Notes: generated by a model not told the origin, from the sequence alone. Positions 12,126 to 26,200 are shown, counted from the stretch's first letter. The stretch: DNA of 64,000 nt from Eledone cirrhosa (GCA_964016885.1 OZ024740.1:253518001-253582000), one strand, 5' to 3'. Program-made: numbers and translations.

Positions 12126-13188
12126 AAATCTTGGTCTGTTTATTGATATTGGATTTTAAAAACAAAAATGCAATCTATATGAAAGTGAGGCTGGAGAAGG
12201 AAGGAAAGGAAAAATAAAATAAAAACACACATGCAAACACACACACACACAAATGCATGCATACACACACATATATATATATATATATACATACACTCAT
12301 AAATACACACACACATATACACATATATATGTGTATATATATACACACATACACATACATATACACATACATACATACACACATAAATATCAACACATCC
12401 ATACATACACATACATATATACAACCACACACACATATATACACACATATATATAGAAATAGAAATATATATATATATATATATATGCATACACATACAT
12501 AGCCATACACACATACATATACATACATACATACATACACACAATCATACCTATATACACACGTACATACATACCCATACATAAATGCATACATATGCAT
12601 GTACAAAATTAGAAAAATATACACACCTCTACATATTCACACACGCAAATAAATATAAGAAAAAATATATATAAAAAATAAAATAATAAAAACTATTATA
12701 CAGTTGACAGCGATACAGGCAACGAATAAATGAACAAACACGCATGGTTAGCAATACACACAAATGCACGTACACATACATACGTAAAAATAAATACATA
12801 CACACTCTCACACATAAATATACATATACAAATACATAAACACATACATACGCATACACAAATACATACACAAACACACACACACATATACATATATACA
12901 CACACATATACATACACACACATATATATATATATATAAATACACATACACATATACACACACATATATACACACACATACATACATAGCTATACAATTA
13001 TACATATACAAATACGTACATATCACACACGCACAACCAAATACAAACACACACACATATATACATATATATATATATATGTGTGTGTGTGTAAAACTCA
13101 ATCTTAGATAATTCATATGAACCTTATATAACTCCAAAATATACATATACATATATATAGTAATGTAATAAACAACATAAGGCAATTA

Positions 13189-13248
13189 TTCCATTCACCA
13201 GTGGTTTCTTAAAAGCAAAAAATATTGCCTTTAGTCATCAGAATGAAA
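13189..13248 (-). ncRNA. Minimal hammerhead variant (G at position 17)
   Basis: Same fold, but GAAA-ccactgg-TG-aatggaa and a C/A mismatch at the stem II base. Confidence 0.75.
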
Positions 13249-14742
13249 AAAACCTGGTCTATCTATATATATATACACACACATATATATTATATATATA
13301 TATATACACATATACATACATACACATTCATTTTGGTATGTGAAGGGTAAGGCAAAAAAAAATATGGGGGGGGGGGGGGGCGGAGGTGGGAAAATGACAT
13401 AGGAAAAGGTGAAATATAAGGGGAGATAAGGGAGAAAAAGAATACAAGAGTACAGAACGTGGATTCAGCAGGTAAAAAAACCGTAGTAGAAGTAAAGAGC
13501 AGAGAAGGAGTTGAAGGCAGTTGAGTTATCATAGGAATGTCAATCAAGTTACAGATCAGATGTGGTTTCAGATGAGGACAACATCTGAAGATCTCGGTCT
13601 TTGAGTTCAGGCAAGCAGAAGTGGCTTTCAAGTTTAGCAAAATCCTATATTTTTCTGTGGTACACAAAGAACAATTCTTTGTGCCCCTTTGGTACTCCCT
13701 CGAATGGTCTAAGATAGACCAATCGATAGAGTACGGGATATTACTATCCTTGAATTCCCACACCTTACTTGCGAGGGCCGTTGTTGTTCATTTATCGGAG
13801 TGCTTAAAAGAAGCGACATGTGAGTAAAACCTGGTTTTAAACCTGTCCTGGGTCATGCCGACATATCGCTCACTCCTGGCTGGTTGGTTGTTGATTAACG
13901 GTGTTATTTTAGCCTCATAAACAACAGATTTGGTGTTACATTTACCCTGCAATGGACATTCATCCGACTTCCTGCAACTGCATCCTGGATTTGTTCTCGT
14001 ATGATTTGAACTAGTGATTTTGGACTTCATAGATGGGCAACAAGAGTAACTAATCTTAACTACGTTCCTATTAAATATCTTATAATATCTATGATTAGGA
14101 GGAAAATGTTTGTCTAAGAGTTCAAGAAATTTCCTTCCTACATTAGTTTTGACAGTTAGAGAGAAGGGGGGTGTGAACCAAATAATTTTCCTTTTCCTGT
14201 TATTGTGGTTAGTTTTAGGGGGGGAAGTAGGTAAATAAAAAAATGTTTCTGTAAAACCGCTGTTCTTAAAGGCTTTATTATAATAAGGGATGGCTTTATT
14301 AAAAATGTCTATAGACGAAGATAAGGTAGAAATCCTACGGCTAATGTTGGGAATAAGATTATTAAAAACTATAGGGGGATGGCAAGACTCTTTGTGTATA
14401 TACCTAAGATTTTCATTAGGTTTATGATAAGGTTTAAAAGAGGCGGTAAGTAGATCAAGATTAATATCAAGAAAGTTAGCATTGGTAAGGTTCGTATCTA
14501 TCGTGATTTTAAGGTTAAGATTAGCAAAAGTATTGATTAAATCTTTACGGAATTTATCAAGGTTATGGCCGTTGGAGGTATGAGAAACTGCCAATCCGTC
14601 ATCACGGTATAAACCGATATTATGGGAACAAAATTTCTCTTTGAGGGTGTGGAGAAGGAATAATCCTACTAAGTCACACACATCCGCACTGTCATATGAA
14701 CCCATTGCAACATCAAAAGAGTTTTCAGGGTTTGACTTTTTT

Positions 14743-14802
14743 TTTCATTCTGATGACTGAAGGCAAAATTTTTTGCTTTTAAGAAACCACTGGTGAATGG
14801 AA
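14743..14802 (+). ncRNA. Minimal hammerhead variant (G17), inverted-arm copy
   Basis: tttcatt-CTGATGA-ctgaaggcaaa...-GAAA-ccactgg-TG-aatggaa. Confidence 0.75.
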
Positions 14803-15038
14803 TAATTGCCTTATGTTGTTTATTACATTACTGTATATATGTATATGTATATTTTGGAGTTATATAAGGTTCATATGAATTATCTAAGATTGAGTTTTAC
14901 ACACACACATATATATATATATATATATGTATATGTATATATGTATGTGTGTTTGTATTTGGTTGTGCGTTTGTGATATGTACGTATTTGTATGTGTATA
15001 ATTGTACAGCTATGTATGTATATATGTGTATGTGTATT

Positions 15039-15073
<35 letters not shown>

Positions 15074-15491
15074 ATGTATATGTGTGTGTATATATGTATA
15101 TGTGTGTGTGTTTGTGTATGTATTTGTGTATGCGTATGTATGTGTTTATGTATTTGTATATGTATATTTATGTGTGAGAGTGTGTGTATGTATTTATTTT
15201 TACGTATGTATGTGTACGTGCATTTGTGTGTATTGCTTACCACGCATGTTTGTTCATTTATTCGTTGCCTGTATCGCTGTCAACTGTATAATAGTTTTTA
15301 TTATTTTATTTTTTATATATATTTTTTCTTATATTTATTTGCGTGTGTGAATATGTAGAGGTGTGTGTATATTTTTCTAATTTTGTACATGCATATGTAT
15401 GCATTTATGTATGTACGTGTGTATATAGGTATGATTGTGAGTATGTATGTATGTATATGTATGTGTGTATGGCTATGTATGTGAATGTGTA

Positions 15492-15568
<77 letters not shown>

Positions 15569-15613
15569 ATATGTGTGTATATATGTGTATATGTGTGTGT
15601 GTATGTATGAGTG

Positions 15614-15664
<51 letters not shown>

Positions 15665-15806
15665 ATGTATGCATTTATGTTTGTGTGTGTGTTTGCATGT
15701 GTGTTTTTATTTAATTTTTCCTTTCCTTCTTCCTTCTCCAGCCTCACTTTCATATAGATTGCATTTTTGTTTTTAAAATCCAATATCAATAAACAGACCA
15801 GGATTT

Positions 15807-15866
15807 TTTCATTCTGATGATTGAAAGCAAAATTTTTTGCTTTTAAGAAACCACTGGTAAATGGAA
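15807..15866 (+). ncRNA. Minimal hammerhead (UA), inverted-arm copy
   Basis: tttcatt-CTGATGA-ttgaaagcaaa...-GAAA-ccactgg-TA-aatggaa. Confidence 0.85.
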
Positions 15867-16031
15867 TAATTGCCTTATGTTGTTTATTACATAACTATTA
15901 AGCTCTGTTACCTACATAGAGCACTCTTTTTTCCTGGACTTTTACGACGAAATTACTTCATATATATATATATATATAAATATATAAGTTAAAACAATGA
16001 AATAAAAAATCACGTCATTAGAGATATACTT

Positions 16032-16173
16032 CACTGCTTTACGATCGTTTCTAGGTGATGATAGTACATTGTAGCTAAACTTCGTTATCGATCTATGTAA
16101 GGTTAGTTACAAAATATCAGATAGGGAGAATATTTACTTACATGCATATCACCAGCTGTTGTCAAAAGCAATA
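16032..16173 (-). ncRNA. Decayed hammerhead with ~100-nt stem II, within a PLE 3'-UTR fragment (~15980-16568)
   Basis: tattgctt-TTGACAA (two core changes)-...ggtgat/atcacc...-GAAA-cgatcg-TA-aagcagtg; ACGATCGT palindrome. Confidence 0.6.
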
Positions 16174-16568
16174 ATAATTTTATTCATAATTAGTATTAAA
16201 TTAGTAGTAAGTTTAGTTCTATGACCTTATTTGGAGGTAACTGAAGAACTAACCAATCAGATTGTTTTTTTCCATATGATGTTAAGATGAAAAATAATTC
16301 ACTTTAGTTGAGGTCTTGACCCTTTGAAAGGAATGATTGAATGGTGTTAATAATAGAATTGCTATAAAACATCTATTAGGAAGAAAGGTATTGTCATATT
16401 GATAGTTGAATGTATATGGTATAGTGAAGTTTAAAAGGAATGTAAAATTTAAATGTTGAGTTGTGTTGTATGGAGTTTTTAGGTGAATATAAATTAAGGT
16501 CATGACTAGGAAAGATAGTATATTAAAAGATGAAAATTATAATAAGATAATTAAATACAGTAATACAA

Positions 16569-18394
16569 TCATCATCATCATCATCATCATCGTTTAACGT
16601 CCATCTTCCACGCTTGCATGGGTTTGGACGGAAGTTTTCCCACTTGAGGCAAGATTGCTTGTCCTGCTCGTATAGGACTGTCTGGCAGGTTTTCTACGGC
16701 TGGATGCCCTTCCTAACACCAACCACGTTTACAGTGTGGACTGGGAGGTTTTTACCGTGTTACCTACACGGCCACATTACAGCGTGGACTGTGTGTTTTT
16801 TGTCACGGCTGGCTGCCTTTCCTAACACCAACCACGTTTACAGTGTGGACTGGGAGGTTTTTACCATGTTACCTACACGGCCACATTACAGCATGGACTG
16901 TGTGTTTTTTTTGTCGTGACACCTACACGACCTCATTTGTTTCGGACTGGATGTTGTGGTACCAACATAACTTCATATTGAAGGAGGTGGTGTGGATGGG
17001 GTGGGGGTAGTGGGACAGGGGTGCATTGTTGTTAGAGGTGCCTACTGACTGTAGGTTTCGCTTTGTACTTAGGCAAGGCGGGTCTTCTGTATTACTGTGT
17101 AGCGCCAAAGATCTCGGTCCAGTGACATTGTCTTGGAGAGGTGTAAGTGTGTGAGGTCTGAATTTATCAAGTCGTCCCAGGTTTTTTGGGGTCTGCCTAC
17201 TCCGTGGCTACCGTCTATTTTAATCGCCCTGCACTTTTGTATACAGCTGTCGTCTTTCATGCGTATCACGTGACCGTACGAACGTAGTCTTCTCTCGAGT
17301 AAACAACATCTGATCCCTCTTATTCCTAATTTCTCCCTTAGTTCGTTTATGCTTTGCCGTTCACATATATTACTATTACACATCCAGCAGAGAATGCAAG
17401 CTTCGTTCCTCTCCAGTCTGCGTATATCCTCTGCACACAATGCCCAGGTCTCACTGCCATGTAACATTGCTGTTCGTATGCAGGCATCCTACAACCTGCC
17501 TTTCATTTTTAGAGAGAACCCTTTAGCGGCCAATAGTGGTATAAGCTCTCTGAACTTTTTCCACCCCGTTCTGACTCTAGCTACTGTACTTTCAGAGCAC
17601 CCTCCCCCACTGCTGATTTTGTCACCCAGGTAACGGAAGGTGTCCACTATTTCTATAGAACCATCTGTGCAATGGAATGAGCTAGTATTCTGTGGGCACT
17701 TGCTGCTACTTATTGCACCAGAGCACCGGCCACATATAAAATCTATATTCTTAGTTAACTTACCTGTGGTCCCACTACATCTTTTCTGCACCCATACTTT
17801 GCATTTGGGACATAAAATGGAGTTTCTGCCTACTCCTTTCCTACACACTGAGCATGGCCATTTCCCAGATGGGACCGGTGCCCTATTTTCCTTCCTACAA
17901 ACTAGAATTTTAGTCTTAGACAAGTTAACTTTAAGGCCTTTTGATTCTAGGCCATGCTTCCATGTTTGGAATTTCTTCTCTAGTTCAGCCATTGATTCAG
18001 CTATGAGCGTTAGATCATCTGCATATAGGAGTTCCCATGGGCAGCCGGTCTTGAACTCCTCTGTTATAGCCTGAAGGGCAATAATAAATAGTAGGGGGCT
18101 AAGAACGGAGACCTGATGAACACCAACTTTTACGCTAAACTCTTCACTATATTCGTTATTAATTCTAACCTTGCTGATTGTTTCTTTATACATGGCTTGT
18201 ATAGCTCTCACAAGCCATTCATCAACACCTAGTTTTCTAAGAGCCCACCAGATATTGGAGTGGGGGACTCTGTCAAAGGCTTTCTCCAAGTCAACAAAAG
18301 CTAAGTATAGAGGTTTACTTTTAGCTAGGTACTTCTCCTGTAGTTGTCATACAATGAAAAGAACGTCTGTGGTACTTTTACCTGACACAAACCC
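16569..18394 (-). mobile_element. RTE family B, 5'-truncated, with ~110-bp tandem duplication in the 3' UTR
   Basis: EKAFDRVP, GVHQ, YADD, PHD insert, (GAT)n tail; ~16696-16803 duplicated at ~16805-16915. Confidence 0.95.
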
Positions 18395-18861
18395 ACAAAT
18401 CTACTGTATAAATTGGAAGTGGTCAGACGTTGTATATTTAAGTAAGTAAGTGTAGTCGGATAAACGTCAAAATGGCTTGGTGGAATGCAGCGAAAATTTA
18501 CACAGTTATGCAGAATGACCCGAGGAGGCTTTGGGTTGACTTTTAGGGTACAAGCTTCCATGGTTACGGAGAAAATCGATGAAACAGGAATTTCCCATTC
18601 AAATTGAACTGAGAGTAATCTGTGAACGCAGAAGTAAATATTTCGAGAAACGTTCCAACCGAACGAAAACAGGAAGACGATATTTTGGTTCGTGAAGACG
18701 TTCCCTGGCAATGAACGGAAAAAAAAGCGAGGATAATACGTCGTTATGTAATGCGAGAAGAACAATTTCATGCAAAGACAATACCAAGTTTATGATATAA
18801 ATGGAGTCGTTAGACTAATATTCTATTTAACATAACAGAATGATTTCCAGCCTCAGAGTTT

Positions 18862-19470
18862 AAGAATGATGTAAATAAAATTGAAAACGAAAATGACAGA
18901 GGTTATTAAAATAGTAAAAGTAAATAGTGAAGATTTAGGCCAGTACATACGTATGCCCCGACGGACATACACATACATACGCACACACAAATACATACCC
19001 CCCTCCACATACACATACAAACACACACACACGAGCGCGCGCGTGTATAAACCTTATGCATTTCTACAGTATTTTCACCAAACTTAAGACATAGGTTACT
19101 TATGTACTCCGGATGGTCATGGGCACTTTCATTTTTCCAGATATTGATTATAGGGCCTCCCGGCAGATAACCCCCTTTAACCACTTCCTTGGAGTCGACT
19201 GAAGAACTGCAGTGCAATGCAACAAAACGTCATAACTTCTGGAGTTCGCAACCGATTTTCACAAAACTTGACACATGGGCTACGTTTGTCCTACAGATGA
19301 ATGTGAACTCTCAGAATTGGCACATATTGAGTAGGGGACCCCTGGGGGCAGGAATCCTCTTTTGGAAAAAGCTGATGATTTGGTAAAAGTATAGTTTTCG
19401 AAGTAGCACTGAAGTATTGACATAAATGGTATATACAACTGCTATTTAATACCCGAGCAACCTCTCTAAT
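18862..19470 (+). mobile_element. Possible non-autonomous Helitron/Helentron-like repeat
   Basis: Microsatellite near the 5' end, two ...ttttcacc/aaaactt..gacat modules, subterminal tacccgagcaac. Confidence 0.3.
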
Positions 19471-19889
19471 AATATAATATAATGTAACACAATATAGTAC
19501 GGTGTGGTAAATTGTACTTAGTATAATACAGCATATGATACGCCTTAAAATACTTTCAAGTATGTCTATGTATAAATAATCAAACTCAGATAAATGCATG
19601 TTGATATAGTCAAAATGAATAAATTTCATAGATCACAAAGTGCATATACCCACATTATAGATAGAGGTATAGTTATATTGATACTCAACTAAAAATATGC
19701 ATATGTATAAATAGATGCAAACACATACATACATCTACACATGTGCACACAATCATATACACATATATTTATATATATATACATATATATATGTGTGTGT
19801 ATGTACACACACATACATAGTACACAAACATATATAAAAACACTCTTACACATATACTTGCATATACACACATATATATATATATATAT

Positions 19890-21872
19890 ACATATTTACT
19901 TATGCAATTACGGGTGGTTGTGTACCTTGTTGCCCTCAGTCACTAATGCATAAATCTAAGGAAGCTAAAAAATTAAAAGGTAAGAAATAAGCATGAATGC
20001 GTATAATTAGGGGAAAGGGATACTAACAAATGTTACGCCACATAGAATAATAGTGAGTTGCTATTTAGAATATTTAATTAGGTTTATAGTAACTGATTAC
20101 AAACTATAATCAGTTCCTGTCTTTTATTCAATAAATTATCCTTAGATTTGGTAATTTCCAAGATCTCCCCTGAACATAACCTGCATTCTCTCCTGTTCCC
20201 AAGATATGGAATTCTTTGTAGAATGGTGTTCCACGATAGCTTGAAATCTATTTTTTTCTTTTTATAATTATTTACCGCTTCAGCTAAAGATGTGGTGTTA
20301 GCTAGTTTAGTGTTGTTAAAACTACTAGAGTGTGCGTAAAATCTTTTCTTGAATGTGTTTGATGTAGATCCTATATGTTTTGTTAGAGTCAGTAGTAGAC
20401 ACAGTGCATTTATATATTACATTATTTATCAAACAGTTGCCATTTAAGGGCAAATGCTTCTGTTTCTGCAATTACAGCCATACGTAAGATGGTTGTTGGG
20501 GGTACCTATACCATTCTCATTAATCCTTGAGCTATTCCTATTGTAATTAATGTTTGCGGGAGAATGAAGGTTGCTTTGTGGGAGGTTTAGGGCTAGGGTT
20601 GTATTGTGATTTTGTGTTATGTTGTTTTTGTGTTGGTGATTTGGGTGGTTGTGTTTTCCAGGTTGAAGGATTGTATTATTTGTCCTGTTAAAAGGTGCAG
20701 TCCTATTTAAATTATGTTGTGGTGGTGTGGTCATATTTTTAAATTTATAAATGTTGTAGTTGCTTATTTTTTTGCTGGAGATTGTTTGATGTAGAGTATG
20801 AGAATTTAACAGTATACCTGTTAAATATTTGGTGGTATCTGTGGTTTGGTGGAAAATGTTTATGTAGAATTTCGAAGAATTTTTGGGGGATTTGTCCAAT
20901 AGTTTGCAGGTTGAAGGGTGCGTTGTACCATGTTATGTTTCTTTTGCGGTTTTTAGTTAAGTTCTTATTACCACTAATATTAATATGCTGTGTTCTAGAA
21001 GAATTCTTATGGTTAGTATCCGTATTTGTGGAATTTGGTAAACTACCGTGGTTGTATTTGGTGTTATTATTGGGTAGATTATGAGATTTTGAATGTTTGG
21101 TATACATATGTGAGTCAATAACATTGGTCATAGATCGTGTAGTAATAGTGGTTGCGGTTTTTTGGTTGTTTGGTGTAATAGGAATAACCCCATTAGGTAT
21201 TTGTTTCAATGGTATTTTTTGGTGTTTATAGTTTTTGCTAGGTTTTATATTTTGGTCCATAGTAGTGTTGGGGATATATGAGATGTTTTCTTTATACCCA
21301 CTTCTAGTTAAGGCCTCGTTGTAGAAGGGTGCATTATTATAAAATATATATTCATTGGAAGATAATTTAGAAAGTCTAAGAGATATGTTATATACTAAGT
21401 TTTTTAGTATAGAGCCAGGGTGGTTAGAGCGTGAATGTACATAGCGTAGATTCTGGTTGGGTTTGTGGTAAGGTTGATAAATATTCGTAGAGAGGTAACG
21501 TCAAGGAAATTAGTTACTTTTAAAATGTTTTCAAAGGTGATGTTAAGGTTGTAGTAGTCCTTGAGGAATTTTCTAATTTGTTTTTTGTTTTTCTCTATAT
21601 TGAATTGCTAAGATTATTAGATAACAATAGACAATCATCCCGATAAAGACCACCTTTGAGGTGGGGAAAAGAGGAATGAATATTATAGAGGAGAAATAGC
21701 CCAACAAGGTCTGTAACTTGAGCAGAGTCCATGGATCCCATCGTAATATCGAATAAGTTGTTATATGTGTTTCTTGTCCAGTGTTCTTCTTGGAAGTTTA
21801 GTAAGGTTTTTCTAGCGTGAGTTATGATGTTGATTTCCTCAGTAGATAAATTCGATCTATTTCTGGCAAAGA
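19890..21872 (-). mobile_element. 5'-truncated Naiad-type PLE (RT C-half, long Asn/Thr/His-rich linker, GIY-YIG), frameshifted
   Basis: GGLYRDDCL (~21630-21660), RKRNITWYNAPF, IFNRYTVKFSYS, CNCRNRSICPLNGNC, IGSTSNTFKKRFYAH. Confidence 0.9.
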
Positions 21873-24540
21873 TCAGTGCTTCATCGTCGCAATCCTCTTG
21901 GTGTAGCTTCGCTGGATTGCCTCAAGCTCCGTGGTTAGTTTGACACTATGGGGTGACCACAACTGCGAGCAATAGTCCATGCGGTTTAGGATAAATGTCC
22001 TCCATAGTATCAACATAGTGTCACGGTCTCTTGTCCGGAGAGTCCTCCAGATCCAGCCAGCGAGTCGTCTGCACATTGTCGCCACTTTCATGATGTGTGA
22101 GGAAAAAGATGCATCATCGCTCATGTCTATACCCAGGTCTCATATCGTTTTTGACACAGGGATATCAGTCCCTCCTGGTCCTGCGTAACTGTGTTGTACT
22201 GTATTTGTGTTTGCTGGTTTGTAGTGTAGGGCTTGGAATTTGCCAGAATTAAACTGCATGTTATTTTCTTCTGCCCATTTGTATATGGCATCCAGATCTT
22301 GTTGTAAAAGGGCAGCGTCAGCCGGGTTTTTGATTGCCTGTGCTACCTTAGTGTCATCAGCATAGATAGTGAGGGATGTTGTATGTACTACAGAGGGCAT
22401 GTCTGAGAGAGCCACCAAAAACAGTAGTGGTCCCAGGACTGTGCCTTGGGGCACCCCACTTGTTATTGATGTTTCCTTTGAGAGGGCCCCGTTTGCTGTG
22501 ACTGTCTGGCTTCTGTCCTTTAAGAAGTCGTGCAGCCACTCACCTACTTTTCCAGTTATGCTGAGTCCGTGTAGTTTGTGATATATCATTCTGTGGTTGA
22601 CCTTCGCAAAGTCAAGATATATCACGTCCACATGTGAGCTGTCTAGCAGTTGTTTCAGTACCCAGTCGTAGTGATGTAGCAGCTGTGTAAGGCAGCTTCT
22701 TCCTGGGCGAAAGCCATGCTGCGTGCTAGTCAAGCAGTCATTTTCCTCGAGGAAAGTGATCAGTTTCTTTCTGATGTCTCGCTCCATGACCTTACTGATA
22801 TGTGACGTCATGGCTTTTGGCCTCCGCTCTGCTACCTCCTTTATGGATAGAGCATATTGTGCCTTCTTTCAGCTCCCTGGGTAGTATACCGCTAGACAAG
22901 GAGCTTCTGAAGAGCGTCTTCAGTGGAGTTGCTAAGGCCTGCTTACATGTTTTTAAGAGGACTGCTGGGAATCCATCAGGTCCAGCAGCTGAGTCCGTTC
23001 TAATTTCATCTATGGTGTATACCACATCCTCCTCCGTTATGTATATGTGGTTGATGGTCACCATTTCTTCATCAAAGAACTCCTCTGGCTTTGTTATTTG
23101 CATGTGCCTCAGTGGACATGTGAACACACTTTTGTACTGTTTGTTCAGTATTTCACTTATCTCTTGGGGACTGTCGATTAATGAACCATCTGTATGGAAG
23201 AGTGGCCCAATCTTGCAGTATACTGAGGCAGTTTCTTTTGCAAATTTAAAGAAGGCCTTAGGGTTTGTTTTAATATTTTCTATGGCCCTGCTTTCTTTTT
23301 TTGTCCTCTCATTTTCATGGGAAAGTTTGAGTGCAATCTCGGTGTCAAGTAGTGCCCGTTTTTGTTTTCTTGTTGTGCATTCAACTGGTTTGAGAGCTTG
23401 GTTCTTTGTCTCATAAGGATATTCCTATCTCTGGGAATACGACTTTTGTGTCTGTTGGCCTTTTTCTCTGGGACAAACTTTTGGCATATAGTGTGTATCG
23501 TTGTCATGAAGTGTTGTAATTGTGTGTTGGTGTCTTGTGTGACGGTGTTTTCGCTCCATATTTGGTTCAGGATTTCTCTCTTGATCTTTTTCCAGTTAGC
23601 CTTGTAGAAATTAAGGCTGAATAAGGTTCCGGTGCTTCTTGATGGTTGTATTGGACCACATATCATTAGTTCTACTAAGTTATGATCCGAGAAAATTGTT
23701 GGTGTCACCTTTACATCGTGGATGAGCACTTCGTTGTTTGTAAAACAGAGATCCAGGATATTTTCGCCTCTTGTTGGGAGGAATAATGCTTGTTCCATGA
23801 ACAGCCTGTGTGTGAGGGCCAGCAGGGACTCCGTCTGTCTCTGTTCTATTGACGTCGTTCTAGGGAGGTGGCCCTCAGGCCATTTGACCTTTGGTAGGTT
23901 GAAGTCTCCCAGCAGTAGGATGTTGAGACCCTGGTCCAGTTTGTCAAGGACCTCTTCTATCCTACTGACGCTAACCTCAAATTTACCCTCATGACTGGGG
24001 GCATCAGGTGGCCGATATGTGACACATATTACTGTCTTTAGTTGCTTCATATGTAATATCAGTGTGTCACAGACTGAGTTTAAATGTGTCAACAGTACAA
24101 TTGGTGTGACATCTTCACGGATATATACAGAGCAACCCCACCATGAGTTCTCTCCTTCCTGTCCGAACGAAATACAGTATATTTCGGTATATGTATTTCT
24201 GCATCTGCTATACTGCTTGTCAGGTGCGTTTCGGTTAGTACCATGCATAGTGCTTGATTGCTTACGGCTAAGTCTCCCAGGTAGGAAATTTTACTCATGT
24301 TAGTGAGTTTCACCAGGCCTCTGACATTCAGCAGCAGCACTGGTGTGACTTTTGGGGTGCCAGCAACAGCTGTCGGTATGACACCTGGCCTAGTGTCAGC
24401 GGCGGCCACTTTGGGTCCCTTAATTGTGATGGTCTCGATTGCTAGTATAGGTGACCCTGGCTCTGAAAACGATGCAGCCAGGTCAACTGTCCCACAATCT
24501 TCTCTGCCGACCACAGTAAGTAAGGTACTCAATACATAGC
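21873..24540 (-). mobile_element. CR1-group LINE ORF2 (APE endonuclease + RT), frameshifted, 3'-truncated
   Basis: LLNVRGL, LTETHL, GDFNLP, SDHNLV; AAGPDGF, QHGFRPGRSC, YLDFAK, GVPQGTVLGPLLF, YADD, LNRMDYCSQLWSP. Confidence 0.9.
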
Positions 24541-24552
24541 AGAGTATAAAAG

Positions 24553-24674
24553 TTTTAATATAGATGAGATTCTACAGGACTAGAACTGTTTCATTCTTGA
24601 GAAATCATCAGATTCCTGATGATTTCTCAAGAATGACACAGTTCTAGTCCTGTAGAATCTCATCTATATTAAAA
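24553..24674. repeat. 122-bp near-perfect palindrome made of two head-to-head hammerhead fragments
   Basis: 59-bp arms (1 mismatch) around attc; each arm reads CTGATGA-tttctcaagaat-GA(A/C)A-cagttctag-TC-ctgtag. Confidence 0.9.
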
Positions 24675-24679
24675 TTATA

Positions 24680-26139
24680 TCATCATCATCATCATCATCA
24701 TCATCATCGTTTAACGTCCATGTTCCACGCTTGCATGGGTTTGGACGGGGCTTTTCCCACTTGAGGCAAGAGTGATTGTCTTGCTTGCATAGGACTGTCT
24801 GGCAGGTTTTCTACAGTTGGATGCCCTTCCTAACACCAACCACATTTACAGTGTGGGTCTGGGAGGTTTTTACCGTGTTGCCTACACGGCCACATTACAG
24901 CGTGGACTGTGTGTTTTTTTGTCGTGACACCTACACGATCTCATTTGTTTCGGCCTGGATGGTGTGGCACCAACGTAACTTTACATAGAAGGGGGCGGTG
25001 TGGATGGGGTGGGGGTGGTGGGACGGGGGTGTATTTTGTTAGAGATGCCTACTGACTGTAGTAGGTTTTACTTTGTATTTAGGTAAGGCGGGTCTTCTCT
25101 ATTACTGAGTACCGCCAAAGGTCTCAGTCCAGTGACATTGTCTTGGTGAGGTGTAAGTGTGTGACGTCGGAGTTTATCAGCTCGTCCCAGGTTTTTCTGG
25201 GTCTGCCTATTCCGTGGCTACCGTCTATCTTTATTGCCCTGCACTTTGTTATACAGCTATCGTCCTTCATGCGCATCACGTGACCATACCAACGTAGCCT
25301 TCTCTCTAGTAAACAACATCTGATCCCTCTTATTTCTAATTTTTTCCTTACTTCGTTTATGCTTTGTCGTTCACGTATATTACTATTACACATCCAGCAG
25401 AGCATGCAAGCTTCGTTTCTCTCTAGTCTGCGTATATCCTCTGCACACAATGCCCAGGTCTCACTGCCATGCAACATTGCTGTTCGTATGCAGGCATCCT
25501 ACAACCTGCCTTTCATTTTTAGGGAGAACCCTTTAGCGGCTAATAGTGGTATAAGCTCTCTGAACTTTTTCCACCCAGTTCTGACTCTAGCTACTGTACT
25601 TTCAGAGCACCCTCCCCCACTGCTGATTTTGTCACCCAGGTAACGGAAGCTGTCCACTATTTCTATAGAACCCTCTGCGCAGTTGAAAGAGCTAGTATTT
25701 TGTGGGCACTTGCTGCTACTTATTGCCCCAGAACACCGGCCACATGTAAAATCTATGTTCTTAGTTAGCTTACCTGTGATCCCACTACATCTTTTATGAA
25801 CCCAAACTTTGCATTTGGGACACAAAATGGAATTTCTACCTACGCTTTTCCTACACTCTGCGCATGGCCACTTCCCGGAGGGGACCGCCGCCTTATTTTC
25901 TTTCTTACAAACTAGAACTTTAGTCTTAGCCAGGTTAATTTTAAGGCCTTTTGATTCTAGCCCGTGCTTCCATGTTTGGAATTTCTTCTCTAGCTCGGCC
26001 ATTGATTCAGCTATGAGCGTTAGATCATCTGCGTATAGGAGTTCCCATGGGCAGCCGGTCTTGAACTCCACTGTTATAGCCTGGAGGGCAATAATAAATA
26101 GTAGGGGGCTAAGAATAGAGCCCTGATGAACACCAACTT
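24680..26139 (-). mobile_element. RTE family B, 5'-truncated
   Basis: YADD, PHD insert, GSETW, (GAT)n tail, (TA)n at the 5' junction. Confidence 0.95.
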
Positions 26140-26165
26140 ATATATATATATATACACACATACAC

Positions 26166-26200
<35 letters not shown>

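Larger units (their letters stand above)
12037..15898 (-). mobile_element. 5'-truncated Naiad-type PLE (RT C-half + GIY-YIG, 13290-14735) with two 3' hammerheads and a ~1.15-kb inverted duplicate arm (14740-15898)
   Basis: MGSYDSADVCDLVGLF, GLYRDDGL, CSCRKSDECPLQGKC, YVGMTQDRFKTRFYSH, CSLCTTEK...CPH; 14740-15898 is the reverse complement of 13250-12037. Confidence 0.93.
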
